From the NCBI GenBank assembly GCA_964016885.1, contig OZ024747.1, forward strand, positions 45,756,001-45,820,000: a stretch of DNA of 64,000 bases, given 5' to 3'. Every line of letters starts with the position of its first letter. Position 1 is the first letter of the stretch. Of the stretch, positions 13,427 through 26,789 are shown piece after piece. The notes below the pieces were generated by a model. The model worked only from the letters and a program-made list of their open reading frames with translations, was not told where the DNA came from and did not search any database. A program made the translations under genes and the position numbers. The stretch is from Eledone cirrhosa (taxonomy: Eukaryota).

Positions 13427-13743
13427 GGCACATGGCTTAGTGGTTAAAGCATTGGGCTTGCAATCGAAAGGTTGGGAGTTCAATTCTCAGACCGGGTGAT
13501 GTGTTGTTTGCTTGAGCAAGACACTTTATTTCACATTGCTTCAGTTTACTCAGCTGTAGAAATGAGATGATAGGGACTGGGATCCCTATCATTCCACTGC
13601 AAAGTGGTCATGGAGGTGCCATGGCAAAAACCACCCAGCACAGAAGTATGGAAGGGCATCCAGCTCTAGAAATCAAGCCAGTATCAGTTCCCATTCCACC
13701 CTTGCAAGCAGGGAAAAGCAGACGTAAAATGATGATGATGATG
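13427..13743 (+). mobile_element. SINE family B: tRNA head, conserved central domain, RTE-type 3' tail with (GAT)n
   Basis: A-box TGGCTTAGTGG, B-box GAGTTCAATTC, central TTGAGCAAGACACTTT. Tail CCCTTGCAAGCAGGGAAAAGCAGACGTAAAATGATGATG matches the RTE 3' end at 36460-36515. Confidence 0.88.
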
Positions 13744-14335
13744 AAGCTGATGCTATACCCCATCTCTGCTCATAATTTTTTTATTATTAGCAGAGTAAAA
13801 ATTAAATTTTTCTGAATGTGAGGTGATTTCTACACCATCATTTAACATATTTATTCAAACAAACAAACAATATAGGTAACAAGCGGAGGAAATATGAGTA
13901 AATAGTGGTCATCTGAATAGAAGTGAGATGAGATCTGCCAAATCCGATGAACAGATTCATTCTATAGGCAGACAAAGAAGACAGAAGCCTGAGGTGCTTC
14001 ATGCATCTAGCTACTAAAATGGCTGTTGGTTATTTTTTTGTGCTTATAATATAACCTTAACCTATCAGATTCTCTATATTATATTTATACTCTCTATTTA
14101 CTACAGATATTATATAAGCTAATGAGACAGCATCTTCTCAGTAATCTGGTTCTCTAAAAATAACAACCATTCCTAACTCAAATTATGCTCTACCATCTAA
14201 AGAGGGAAACAGCAGTGTGGTCCTACATATCTATAACAAGACAGAAGGTTAGAGCTGGAAATCCTTTTATATTAGATCTCATTTAGGGTTGAACTGAGGT
14301 GACACAATAAAAGAGTCAACAACAACTGCCTATTA

Positions 14336-14494
14336 CCATATTTCCCGGCGCCAAAGACGTCCTCGAGGACACACCCTAATTTTGACAACCAAAAATTTGA
14401 AAAAGAATAAACAACCTTCGGACTCCAGGATGCATGGTAGATTTTTGAGAATTATTTTAGGAAAAAGTAGCGTCTTCGACGCTAGGAAATATGG
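14336..14494. mobile_element. Tc1/mariner-superfamily MITE (Tc2/pogo-type ends)
   Basis: TIRs CCATATTTCC.GGCG..AAAGACG and CGTCTTCGACGCTAGGAAATATGG, with TA on both sides. Confidence 0.85.
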
Positions 14495-14566
14495 TAATTA
14501 ATAGTACAATAAAATGTGCAACCACTTTGTATTATATATATATATATATATATTACATATATAAAG

Positions 14567-14660
14567 ACGGAGGATTGGCAGTATCGGTAGAGAGTCAGAC
14601 GCCATGCTTTTCAGCGTAGTTATGTCCCTTTACGATCTGAGTTCAAATCCCACCGAGGTC
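14567..14660 (+). mobile_element. SINE family A, 5' half only
   Basis: tRNA-like head through ...CCACCGAGGT, then unrelated sequence. Confidence 0.85.
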
Positions 14661-16529
14661 TTTTACTACATATCTCACAATGCTTTTTATTAACTACACT
14701 ACTGTATATCTACCCACGTAGCCTATGCCCTCCAGTGTCTCATTCCTTGGTGTCCTTTTACATCACGGATAGTTTGCCTCGTCCACCAGGACTGAGCAGA
14801 GTCGGATTTTCTGCCTTGAGTCCAGTTTTTCTTATGGAATCAACTTCTCTCCCCAATTTCTTAAATCTTGCACACATAGGCTCATGCTTACTTCTATACC
14901 CTTAGCCACTGTCACCTTTACCTCGTCAGTTGTCACCCATGTGTGTGCACATTCACCCCTAGGTTCCTTCCTATGACTCTATTATGGTCAGAAAAACAAG
15001 CTTACCTCTTGTACAGAACAACAACATGCACACACCTCTACACTTACCCTTACAGCTCTGTAGGAACCAACAACTAACATACACAAACACTCATAATATA
15101 CACTTATATACACACACATATCCTCACAGATGTACTGTCATTTTCTTTGTTATTTCTGTTTGTCTTTTGTATGTATATATATGTATGTATGTAAATTTTT
15201 ATATTCATGTAAAACAAAATGCAAACAAATATGGGTCACTGAAAAAGTGAAGCAGTTTGGCTGTTGGAGGACAAGCTGAGCACGCAAGTTTAAGTAATGT
15301 ACAAAGACCCTAGAGAGCAGAGGTATCCAGTTTGAAGATTGCTTCTTGTGGTTTTTAGACCTCATTAGAGTAAAAAAGATACAAAATACCTCAGACAGAG
15401 CAGGGTTTAATGAGGAATGACCAGGTTGTTCACCAAGCATTAATGGAACCTTGCTTGAGCAAATCGATAATTAGATATTTTCCACCTGTGATCATATCCA
15501 TCTTTAGTATATCCAGGACTACACTACGCAGAATGTTCTACTTATATTTTTCAGATGATAGCATTTAATTTAAGGGAGATGTCACTGCTATTTCTAGTAA
15601 ATAAACTAACTACGTTAAATGGCCACTGTTGGTTTGAATATTCATCTTTATAAGTCTGGTATATAGAATTTCATACAGTTCTGTGTATCTATATAAGAAA
15701 AACAAGTATTTGTTTATAGTGAAACACATTTACTTAATTCATTTGCTTTTCACAAGATGGATTAATCTTGATTTGCATTAAAATACTAACATTTCATTCA
15801 AAATTGAAACTGTTCTATCATTTCTGTTTACATTACCTAGAGAAAAAAGTGAAGCACTGTAAATCTGCTTCAGGACGAACCTTTCAGATCATTTATAATG
15901 TTTACCTGATGCCATAAAAGTAAGTGATAACTTATTATATCACGCATTTTAACGTTTGAAGAAGACAAATATTGAGATTGGTTTGTTAAACAAATATATT
16001 CATTTTTGCCTCCAGATTTCGCATTATTCTTATTTGCCTTTAATCTAGTAATTAAGAAATGTCTGTTTTGCATAGAAGGCCTATAAGTGTGGATGTACAT
16101 AATAATTAGAACAGCTCATAGCTATACGTTTGTCTATCACTGAACACAAAAGAAGGTGAGTTGCAATAATTGGCTCGGTTACAAATAGCTCTGCTGAAAG
16201 TAGCCATTAAATAACACTTTGAATAACGTATATACAATGGAAAAAGAATTATTGAGTAAAACCATGACCAAATTGTAAAGAGAAGAGTGGCAGACATTTA
16301 ATAAATAAAGTATTTTCTCTATACATATCACCTTTTAAGAATGAACTGATGAAAATGCCTCTATGCAGTTATTTGACCTGTTGAAAATGGCAGCTGAATT
16401 CCCTCAAATATACTCTATGTTCTTAAAAATGAACAATATATTTGACAATGTAGTCTGATATACTAAATGAGGGATTAGCATCAGAGAGTAATTTCATTAA
16501 TATGATATATAGAGAGAATTAATTAAACA

Positions 16530-17062
16530 ATAATTACCAAACCATACTTGAGAACACATGTTTCACTTAAAAAGGATTTTCAACTTGTGTATGGTGTGAA
16601 TAGAAATATTTTAAAACTGGATGGATTCTGAGCAGAAGAGGTCAGTTTTAATTTCCGTAACAGTAGAGGAGGTGACTCCAATTAGGTTATTTTAAGGGAT
16701 AAAACTTCTGAAGATCTATCACTTGTGATAGTTTAGCATCCGTGTAAGGGAGCCCATGATATGGGCTTTCATATTTTTTAATGAATCCGCTGTAAGTCTT
16801 AACTTGTTAAATGTGGCTATCAGGTGTTTCCTAAAGTGGTTTAGGTCATGACTGCTTTTATGGCATGACAGAGTCAAACCGTCATCATGATATAGACCCT
16901 GTGAAAGTCCATGAATTTGACTAGCAATGTATCTACTATAAATGAACCAACCAAATCACATACATCAGCACTACTAAATGATCCCATTGAGACATCGAAT
17001 AATTCTGAGGTAGTTGATTTTTTTGCCCAGGCTACTTTGTTATTGAAAAGGAGGGTTTTATC
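16530..17062 (-). mobile_element. Penelope-like element (PLE) reverse transcriptase fragment
   Basis: Minus-strand KTLLFNNKVAWAKKSTTSELFDVSMGSFSSADVCDLVGSFI, then a frameshift to GLYHDDGL. Matches the PLE motifs FDVTMGSFDGAEVCELVG and GLYRDDGL. Confidence 0.85.
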
Positions 17063-18569
17063 TGCAGTGTGTTATGGTCTGCGTGTCCAAGTCATAGACG
17101 GAGGTGTAAAGTAATGGTGAACTCCTAAGCTTTATCTAATAAGGCCGCCATGGTCAACTGTAACCATACACAATAATGTAGTAGAAGATATTTCACTAAG
17201 ATGCCACACAGCTGAACTGAACCTGAATTTACAGGATTGTGAAGCAAACTTCCTAATCACCCAGCCATATATGCACCTTTAATATTTATATATTAAGTAA
17301 AAACAAAACTGTTTGTATTTTTTGTCTAGACATAACATCAACAGGTCAACAAAAATTAAAACCAAGATTCAGTTAGAATTTTCTTTTAGAGTACACAAAT
17401 TTATCTGACTTTTTTTCCTTTTTGTCTTCTAATTTGGTTTTCAAAATGGGAAAACCAAATAAATAAGCATATCTTATTCTCAAGCAACAAATAGCTGGTT
17501 TTTAGTATTTTGCTTTTTGATAGATATAACTAAGAAGAATCCGGATTTAAACATTATCCTTTGAAAAGTGCTGCCAGGTATGTAACTTTGAATATAAGAA
17601 TTGATATAACAGAAAATAGAAAAAAAAAACATTGATGAATTTTATTCAATATCTAAGAAAAACAAATTGCAAAATAAATAAATAGATAAATAAATACAAA
17701 AAATATCTCAATGAAAAGTTTTTGAAAAGTTTAGCTTTAGCATATATACATATAAGGGGAAAAAATTATATTTTTCTTCTTGGTTGGTCCATTGAAAAAA
17801 ACACTGAAATCCTGCATTTAAAATAAGAAAATATAAAAAGTAAAAAAAAATTAACTTTTCTCTCACGTCCACTTTTGTTCGTTTCTGTCTTCCATATTCA
17901 GAATTGTAATTTTTCTTATTGTTATTTTTTTGTTTTCTTTCATGAAATTTTTATCCTGAAAAAGAAAAAGTAGAAAAATGAAAAGAAAATGTAAAATCCT
18001 ATTTCATTCTGTTGAGTTTTCATTTTGTTTTGACAATTGTTATAGAATATAAAACATGTTTATTATTGTTATTTATTTTTATTATTTTTGGCAAATATAT
18101 TGCAAGTAAAAACATCTGACTAGCCATTTTTAAATAGTTTTTTTTTTTTAGTTCTGTAATGTTATAACACAACATATTTATGATTACACATGCCAGCAGA
18201 TGACAAGTACCATTTTTCTTAAATTTCATGTCTTTGTTGTTGCTGTATGACACATAAAAGTAAGCTTGTTCAATATATAGGGCTCTCATATCCCAACTCT
18301 AAACTATTTACACAGATTCAAGGTAACCTTACAAGGAACTGACTCATTCAACCAATTCCAATAGAGAAAGCAGTTATAAAATTATACAGATGATGATGAT
18401 AACTTAAATGATACTTTCAAATAGTTAGGAATGCTCTGATAGTACTGGCTATATTACTCAAAAGATCATATCTTAATTATCAAAGATTACTTAAACATAA
18501 ACAACAATTAGAGTTAGCTATTCCTATAACTTATTAAGATAGAAGGTCACAAGTGAAAATTAACACTTT

Positions 18570-19810
18570 CCATATTTGATTGTGGGAACTATTGTCCTAT
18601 CAGCCTATTGAATCATGTTTACAAGCTTTTCATGAGTATCATTGCAGAACAAGTGAAGCCAGATTTCATTTCCAGAACCACAAGCTGTGTATCAACCTGG
18701 AAGAGGCACCATTGAGCAGATCCTAGCTATTGAACATATCATTGAGAAATCAGTAAAATTCAACAACCCTCACATCACCTTCATTGACTTCACAAAAGCT
18801 TTTGACAATGTGAAACTCTTAAACAAGACCTCAATTAACAAAAAATACATCAACCTATTGAAAGAAACTTACACCAACTCAACAGCATATATATATCAAA
18901 ACAGATTTGGGAACTACACAGTGGATAGACATCTTGAAGGGAGTTAAGCAGCGGGTTGTACTATCAACACTTTTATTTCTGTATAGTTATAGTTGCACTT
19001 ATCTACCAAACTGAAGAAGAAGGCTCCTCTGGCTATTAAATAGGAGGTAAAATCCTATCAAATCTTAGCTATGCAGACAATCTGGTCATCATGAGTTACT
19101 CTAGAACTGATTGGCAAGACTTTCTGAATGTACTGACCAAACATTCGCTGGAGGCTGGCTTACACATCAACATCTCCAAAACAAAATGTATGACAACTGA
19201 TAAAATGAATGCCAATCTCCAACTCACAATATACAACCAGTAAATTGTTCAAGTTACGGAGTTTGTATCTCTCAGTCACAAACTATCATCAAACAACAAT
19301 GGAATGGTTGCTGCACAGTATCGCATTGCTCTAGATTGGGCAGCTTTCAACAAGAACAAGGAAGTACTAACATCAAAACGAGTTTCCTATCATTTGAAGG
19401 CTAAGATCCTCAATACTTACATCCAACCAGTTGTGTTATATGGTCTTGACTGTGTTAATTGGATGACAAGGTCACTTCAGAAGCTCTCTACATTCCAGAA
19501 CCACATCATGAGACTTATGACTGGCAAGCGGCTCAGCGATCATATCCGTATCAGTGAGCCTCTCAACATTACCAGACTTAGACCAATTACATAAGTTGTC
19601 AAGTCAAGAATACTCAAACTATACAGTCATATAAAAAGATGAACTCGTGGTGTGAGTAGGTTATGCCTGGAAGGAAGGTTGGTTGGTAAGAGAAGCAGAG
19701 ACCAGCATCCAGAACGATGGCTTGATAATATCAACTTATGGAGAGGACTTGATCTTTGCTCTTTAAACTCTGCATTTGGTGATCAAACTTTGTGCAGAAA
19801 AATATCTGGC
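18570..19810 (+). mobile_element. RTE-like LINE RT and C-terminal fragment, frameshifted
   Basis: NYCPISLLNHVYKLF, FIDFTKAFD, GVKQ, YADNL and PVVLYGLDC, in the expected order. Confidence 0.85.
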
Positions 19811-22469
19811 AGAGTTTAGCATCTAAGAGAGATATTTTATTGGGAATAAACATATTTAATGCATATCATCACAGTGACCGAGTGGACACCAAGGCAGTGG
19901 AGAAGAACCAGAGTGCAACCAAAGGTAAGATGGTGTGACAATCTGACCCGATACCTCAGCCCACATGGCCCAACATGACCAGAGATAGAAAGTTATGGAG
20001 GAGCTCTTTCAACAGGTGTGAGAAGGCCGTGGATTTTGTATTTTGGAATCCATAGCATCAAATATGTTTAATTTGAAATATTAATGTGGTGAAGAGAGGA
20101 GAACATCCAATATGTTGTTTCCTGTTTCTATGATGAAAGTGGGGTATGTTTTGAAAAAGATATGGTCACTATTTTTAGTAGATAAAATAACCACATAGTT
20201 GCTCCCTCTTTATGGTACTAAGTATAGATTACTAAATCTGTTTCAGTATTAATGATACATATGTGATTGACTCTGATATTGGAAGGGGTTGACAATATGT
20301 GTTAAAGTTAAAGTTGACTGTTGTGAGGATCTACCTTCAATGTGTGAAGATGAGATGAAATGCTGCACTGTATTTAATGTGACACTTTACGATTTCTACT
20401 AAAAATAACTCACAAAAATGATACTGTAACTTCAAAACTGCTGTTGTTATTATTGTGGTTGTTTAGTGTTAGATCAGCAGTTATTGTGCAGACATATATC
20501 ACCAGAAGTGACCATACTGTCTTTTTGTATATTGTAGAAGTAATTTAGCTGCTATTTCTAGAGGCTTTCTTGCTGGCTCATAAAAAAATATTGTTGTTTG
20601 TTTATGCTTTTCAAAATTAATTTTCTGAAAACCTCTTTAACTAAAGCCAACAGTAATATTAATAAAACTCTGAAACCGATATATTATCTCATGAATGCTG
20701 AAATTATCATTTCAAAGATACGAGAAAGCAAGTCTTCTTCAAAGCTAGTTACCAGTAGAAAAGCTTAAGAAACTAGAGTAGAATATAAATCACTGGAGTA
20801 TATTTATGAATCTTGTCAACAATCAAAAAACTAGCTACTAAATATAATTCAACTGAAAATAAGTGAACAAAAACCTATTAAAGATAGCTTAATTTGTCTG
20901 TAGTTTTCACAAAGAATGAGTCACTTTAAGGAAACTGAACTCATTATCAGTAAGCTAAGTAAGATTTAAATGTTATAATTTTCTAGTTGACACCACACAT
21001 TTCTAAATATCACACTTTTTCTCTTGAAAGATCACACAACTCTATTACTATTCTAGATATTAACTTAATGGTGTAAAATTAGAGAAAACACTATTTATAT
21101 TAATTTCAGAAATTAGTTTCTAGAATATAACATAGGCTACGTGTCTGGAATTTTATCAACATTAGGATACATTTCTGAATGCATAAATACCTTCACCTTT
21201 TTAAAAGGTTTAGATTCAACTTTACAATGTTTTCTTCTATATGGTTTGAAATAGGTTTTGTGTATAAGTAAGGGAATTGTGTATCTAAACATATTTTCAT
21301 TCAGAATAGATAAATATTTCTACTATTCAATTCATGTTCTTTTCTAATTTTCATGCAATCTATGATAAAGATTTGACTTTGTTTTCATACTTTGTGTTCT
21401 GAGTAAGACTGAGACTGTGGATAGAGAAAATAACACTCCAAGTTATATACAAAGAGAAAGTAAAGTTTATTTTGCTCACTGTGATAACAGGTTCAATTTG
21501 TTTGTTATATTCTGCTTGCTCAAGTTTTACACTTCTAACTATGGAATGAAAACGAAGACATAGTAGAAACCTTTAAGATAATGAAACAAAATTGAATGTT
21601 ATGATTTAAGCAACCTTAACTTTGAAAAAACTTAAAAAAATAATATAAAAATTTAATAAAAAATAAACAAATTAAACTCAATTATGAGATGAAATCAAGG
21701 AGACAATGTTAAGAAGATCTATAAATTTATGCATTAAAATAAAAAGAACATTTTAAAAATATGGAATTTATATTAATGTTAAGCAAATTAATGTAATTAT
21801 AGTAGAACATTTAATGCTTGGTAGAATAAATAATTAAGGTGATCAGTTCAGTAGAGATGTTAAAGCATAGGGTAGAAGGCATTGCAATGTTTGTTCCATT
21901 TCTGTATTCAAATCCTGCTGAAGTTTATTTACTCTGGCTAAATAGCAATGCACTTTTAGATATTTTAATTATTTGGGGGATAAGATATTTGACAATATGA
22001 TGCTCTTCTTGGGGGTCAATCATTGAATTATAGATCGCTTGAATCAATCAAGGGAGTATATGTTTTTAAAAGGATGAAGATTATAGAAATCACTCCACAC
22101 CATATTTATAAATGCAGTATATAATTTAAGTATATCTATTCCAAGTGTTTTTCTTTTGTTTTTAATAGATAACTGTTTTAAAGTTTGTTGTATGTGATAT
22201 GAATCCTAAGTTGTTGGAGATTTGGGGATTTTGTTACAATTCTAATCAACTGTTTAGTGAACACCATAATATTTGCCATTATATCATTGCATTATATTCT
22301 AAGTTGTGTACACCAAAATGAGAGAACATATGATTTAAATTGTATTCAGTCTAATGATGCTTTCTTAATTCTCTTAGTTTGACATAATGAGGTAAAGGAT
22401 GTTTCACTTAATGAAATTAAGCTTACAAGATAATTTATATTAAAACAAAAATTAAATAGTGATAATAAT

Positions 22470-22680
22470 AATTGTTTCTACTTTAGGCATAAGGTCAGCA
22501 ATTTGAATGGAAGGGGAAAGTTGATTAAATCAACCCCAGTGTATTACTGGTGCTTTATTTTATCGACCCTGTAAGAATGAAAGGCAAAGCTGACCTTGGT
22601 GAGATTTCAAAGTAAAGGGCTGCAACTCTATGCTACGAAGCATGGCGTCTGATGCTCTACCGATACTGCCAATCCACCAT
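22470..22680 (-). mobile_element. SINE family A, longer subtype
   Basis: Family A unit with an extra internal segment (GAAGGGGAAAGTTGATTAAATCAACCCCAG). Confidence 0.85.
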
Positions 22681-22802
22681 CATGTTTACTTTAATAGTAT
22701 TACTATAAAAAGTAATTCAGGTAGGAATTTATTTGTGTGTAAATCAATGGGGTTTCCAGCTGTACTTTGTTGGGTGGTGCATCTGAAGCAGGCAACAAAT
22801 AT

Positions 22803-22977
22803 AATTGTTTCTACTTTCGGCACAAGGCCAGCAATTATCCAGTACATTACTGGTACTTTATTTTATCAACCTCCGTAAGGATGAAAGGCAAAGTTAACCT
22901 CGTCGTGATTTGAACTCAGATCGTAAAGGGATGTAACTATGCTGGAAAGTATGTCTGAACCTCTACCCATATTGCCA
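22803..22977 (-). mobile_element. SINE family A
   Basis: Family A unit flanked by AAATATAAT on both sides. Confidence 0.88.
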
Positions 22978-23089
22978 AAATATAATGTGACCCAAACCTC
23001 TCCAAATGTCAACAAGAAAGAAATTTAACAGATTCTCTCAACAGTTCTGGTTACAATAGTGAGATGAAATAAGATATAGTTCCCATTTA

Positions 23090-23225
23090 CAGCATGGTTG
23101 AAAATACAGTGGACAGACTGATATAGTCCCAAATACACTATGCTTGAAAATAAAAGAACAGGATGGTCATGGCTGTAATGTATTTAATCATAGGTAAGTC
23201 CAGTCTGGGCCTACCTGGAGCTAAA
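23090..23225 (+). repeat. Old interspersed repeat family (representative copy)
   Basis: Motifs like GGATGGTCATGGCTG.AATG...TGGGGCTAAA and TAGAAATAGCAG recur at about 3520-3740, 14200-14325, 15480-15620, 16350-16470, 20450-20570, 46710-46870, 48380-48440 and 49340-49430. Confidence 0.5.
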
Positions 23226-23811
23226 TAGGAGAGTTATCTAAACAGATTATTTTCCCATAATATATGACATTGTTTTAAATGTTTAATTTATATTTCCAAT
23301 AAGTAAATTGTATTCCAAATAGGCTACAATCCAGGATAATCTTCTATATTCATCTAGAAATTAAATTACCTTGATTGAAAAATTAAGTGTTTTAAAATGT
23401 TTTCAATAAAAGCAAATGAACTTCAACAGTTGCAAGATTAAATCTATTAAAAGATGTATTATTAAGACTTCAAGAATAAAATAGTTATTTATTATTTTTG
23501 TGTAAAATGGAATAATGATTTTTAAAAAAATATGAGAGAACAAAAAGACAAGAAAGAATGGAGTTAACCTCCAATATTAACAGACACAATCAAATTGGAA
23601 AATAAAATCCTTAATCTTACCAACTAATATTTTTTATGAGTAAAACAATAGGAGAATTTCAAACACAATTCAAAGAAGTATGTGTTTCATTTGTAAATAG
23701 ATTTATTGTATATGTCAACTAAGGCTTCCATTTATTAATGAGAATTATTTTCAAATGGTTATTTAATTTTTATATATTTATTTATTTTTTTTGTGAACAG
23801 TTACAAATATT

Positions 23812-23842
<31 letters not shown>

Positions 23843-23844
<2 letters not shown>

Positions 23845-24096
23845 CATCATCATCATCATCATTTCATTTTACGTCCGCTTTTTCCCTGCTTGCAAGGGTG
23901 GGATGGATGCCCTTCCTAACACCAACCTCATTTACAGTGAGTGCTGGCTGCTTTTTTGCCGTGTCACCTCCATGACCATTTTGCAGTGGAATGATACGGA
24001 CCTCAGTCCCTATCATCTCATTTCTACAGCTGAGTAAACTGGAGCAATGTGAAATAAAGTGTCTTGCTCAAGCAAACAACACATCACCCGGTCTGA

Positions 24097-24099
<3 letters not shown>
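23843..24099 (-). mobile_element. SINE family B lacking most of its tRNA head
   Basis: RTE-type tail plus central domain; breaks into (TA)n at the B-box. Confidence 0.85.
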
Positions 24100-24147
<48 letters not shown>

Positions 24148-24150
<3 letters not shown>

Positions 24151-24696
24151 TCATCATCATCATCATCATCAACATTTAACGTCCGTGTTCCACGCTTGCA
24201 TGGGTTTGGAAGGGGGTTTTCCCACTTGAGGCAAGAGTGATTGTCTTGCTCGCATAGGACTGTCTGGCGGGTTTTTACCGTGTTGCCTACACGGCCACAT
24301 TACACCGTGGACTGTGTGTTTTTTTTGTCGTGACACCTACACGATCTCATTTGTTTCGGCCTGGATGTTGTGGCACCAACATAACTTTACATTGAAAGGG
24401 GTGGTGTGGACGGGGTGGGGGTGGTGGGACGGGGGTGTATTTTGTTAGAGATGCCTACTAAATGTAGTAGGTTTTACTTTGTATTTAGGTAAGGCAGGTC
24501 TTCTCTATTACTGAGTACCGCCAAAGATCTCGGTCCAGTGTCATTGTCTTGGAGAGGTGTAAGTGTGTGAGGTCGTAATTTATCAGCTCGTCCCGGAATT
24601 TGAACTCGCGGAATTTGAACTCAGATCGTAAAGGGACGTAACTATGCTGGAAAGCATGGCGTCCGACCCTCTACCGATACTGCCAATCCACCGCCC
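24148..24696 (-). mobile_element. Chimera: SINE family A tRNA head fused to an RTE 3' end
   Basis: 24596-24696 is the family A head with a duplicated B-box. 24148-24595 is homologous to RTE 38511-38998. Confidence 0.85.
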
Positions 24697-25191
24697 TTGA
24701 ATAGCTTTCATAATGACCTATTTTAACCTATATTAATCTTGAATAATACATATGATAAAACAACAATTGAGTTGAACTAAAGAATAAAAAAAAAATGTCT
24801 GACAAGACTTTGTTGGTTATATTTGAAAAGATGGAAAGGGGAGAGGAAAATAAAAATATCAATTTTTTCACACAATAACTCCTCCAAAACAAATGCATAC
24901 ATTTTAAAAAGATTCAATCTATATTTCTGTGCTGATCACACACGTACATATATAAATATGTGTCTGTGCATGTGTATATATGTGTTTATGTGTATGTATG
25001 TGTTTATGTGTATGTATGTGTTAGCTGGGGTTATATATATTTTATTTAACATGTTCATAAAATTTGCATACAATCATTATACTCATTAATCTTCTGTTTG
25101 TGTATTCCATTTTCTTCCGTGGCCAATATTTCATTGCTCAAAAAACACTTTATCATCAGTATGTTGTTTTACTTAGAAACGTATATATATA

Positions 25192-25457
25192 TCAAATCTA
25201 TGTTCAAAACCTTTTATTGCCAACAATCGTTTCTTCCAAACTTTTGCACTAGCAAAATTTAGACATATAATTAACCTCCTATTCCACAGAACAATTGTAA
25301 AGATACGTAGATATTAGTGGATGTAGATATACGTAGATCTTCTGTGGAATAGGAGGTTAATTATATGTCTAAACTTTTCTAGTGCTCTGGTGATTACAAA
25401 CGAAAGTTTGGAAGAAACGATTGTCAGCAAGCGATTGTTTTGAACATAGTTTTGATT
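25192..25457. repeat. Imperfect inverted repeat (~100-bp arms), MITE-like
   Basis: TTTAGACATATAATTAACCTCCTATTCCACAGAA pairs with TTCTGTGGAATAGGAGGTTAATTATATGTCTAAA; matches extend outward with indels. Confidence 0.8.
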
Positions 25458-25636
25458 ATTCTGTAATTTATATTCCGGCTCTGTAAAACATCTGATGTAT
25501 TTACATTGAGCTATTTTTCTTACTGGTAATGAATTACTGACCTTTCCTATTTATAATTATATATAGTGTATATATAAGTATAAATATTATTATTATTATA
25601 TATAGATATATACATATATATATATATGCATATGTA

Positions 25637-25687
<51 letters not shown>

Positions 25688-25694
<7 letters not shown>

Positions 25695-26626
25695 TATGTA
25701 CACGTACATACATATATGTATACAGACGTACAGTAGTATGTATATATATATACATACATGCACACACATATATATGTACGTATGGATTCACCAAACATTT
25801 ATTATGATGCTCGGTGTGTTTGCCGTAGCGTCTAGCAACCAACGTTGCTCGTTTGTTCAAAGGAACGCTGTACTAGTTTCAAGCTTGTTAGCTATCGTCA
25901 GCAACGTATACCTTCCTGCCAGATAGTTGGACGTCCGAAAGTATATACTTTCCTTATGCATATTAACGGCTGAGTAGCCCAATTTGCATATCGGGTGGGT
26001 TAATCGGCCGGGTGCACTGAAAATGATAAACGGAAAAAATGAAACGAAATTTCATTTCCCACTCTTAGTACGGCTGTTACTTAAATATAAGTATGTACAT
26101 TTGTATACATATATGTAGGTACATGTACATACTTATATTTAAGTAACAGCCGTACTAAGAGTGGGAAATGAAATTTCGTTTCATTTTTTCCGTTTATCGT
26201 TTTCAGTGCACCCGGCCGATTAACCCACCCGATATGCAAATTGGGCTACTCAGCCGTTAATATGCATAAGGAAAGTATATACTTTCGGACGTTCAACTCT
26301 CTGGCAGGAAGGTATACGTTGGTGACGATAGCTAACAAGCTTGAAACTAGTACATCGTTCCTTTGTCAGTGTTGAACAAACGAGCAACGGTGGTTGCTAG
26401 ACACTACGGCTTAATACGGGATGTTTGTTTGCAAACACACCGAGCATTATAATAAATGTTTGGTGAATCCATACGTACATATATATGTGTGTGCATGTAT
26501 GTATATGTATATATATATACATACTACTGTACGTCTGTATACATATATGTAGGTACGTGTACATACTTATATTTAAGTAACAGCCATACTAAGAGTGGGA
26601 AATGGAATTTCGTTTCATTTTTTCCG

Positions 26627-26627
<1 letters not shown>
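25688..26627. repeat. Large palindrome plus partial tandem of a ~434-bp unit, embedded in (TA)n
   Basis: 25688-26100 is the reverse complement of 26123-26572. 26102-26192 recurs directly at 26536-26627. Confidence 0.92.
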
Positions 26628-26658
<31 letters not shown>

Positions 26659-26789
26659 GCACCTGGCGAAGTCTTTCAACTCAGGATTTGGACACCAGGG
26701 TCCACTCAAGTAGAGAGTTATTGTTTACGGAAGCATATTTGGGTGTAATGCCTTATCATATGTATGAGCGGCCAGTTTGAACAGAAAAA

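Noticed and set aside
13427-13500. tRNA gene
   Set aside because: The A/B boxes run into a SINE body and RTE-type tail, and the unit is multi-copy. It is a SINE head.
17867-17956. Minus-strand candidate exon (DKNFMKENKKITIRKITILNMEDRNEQKW)
   Set aside because: Low-complexity A-rich sequence with no partner exons or recognisable homology.
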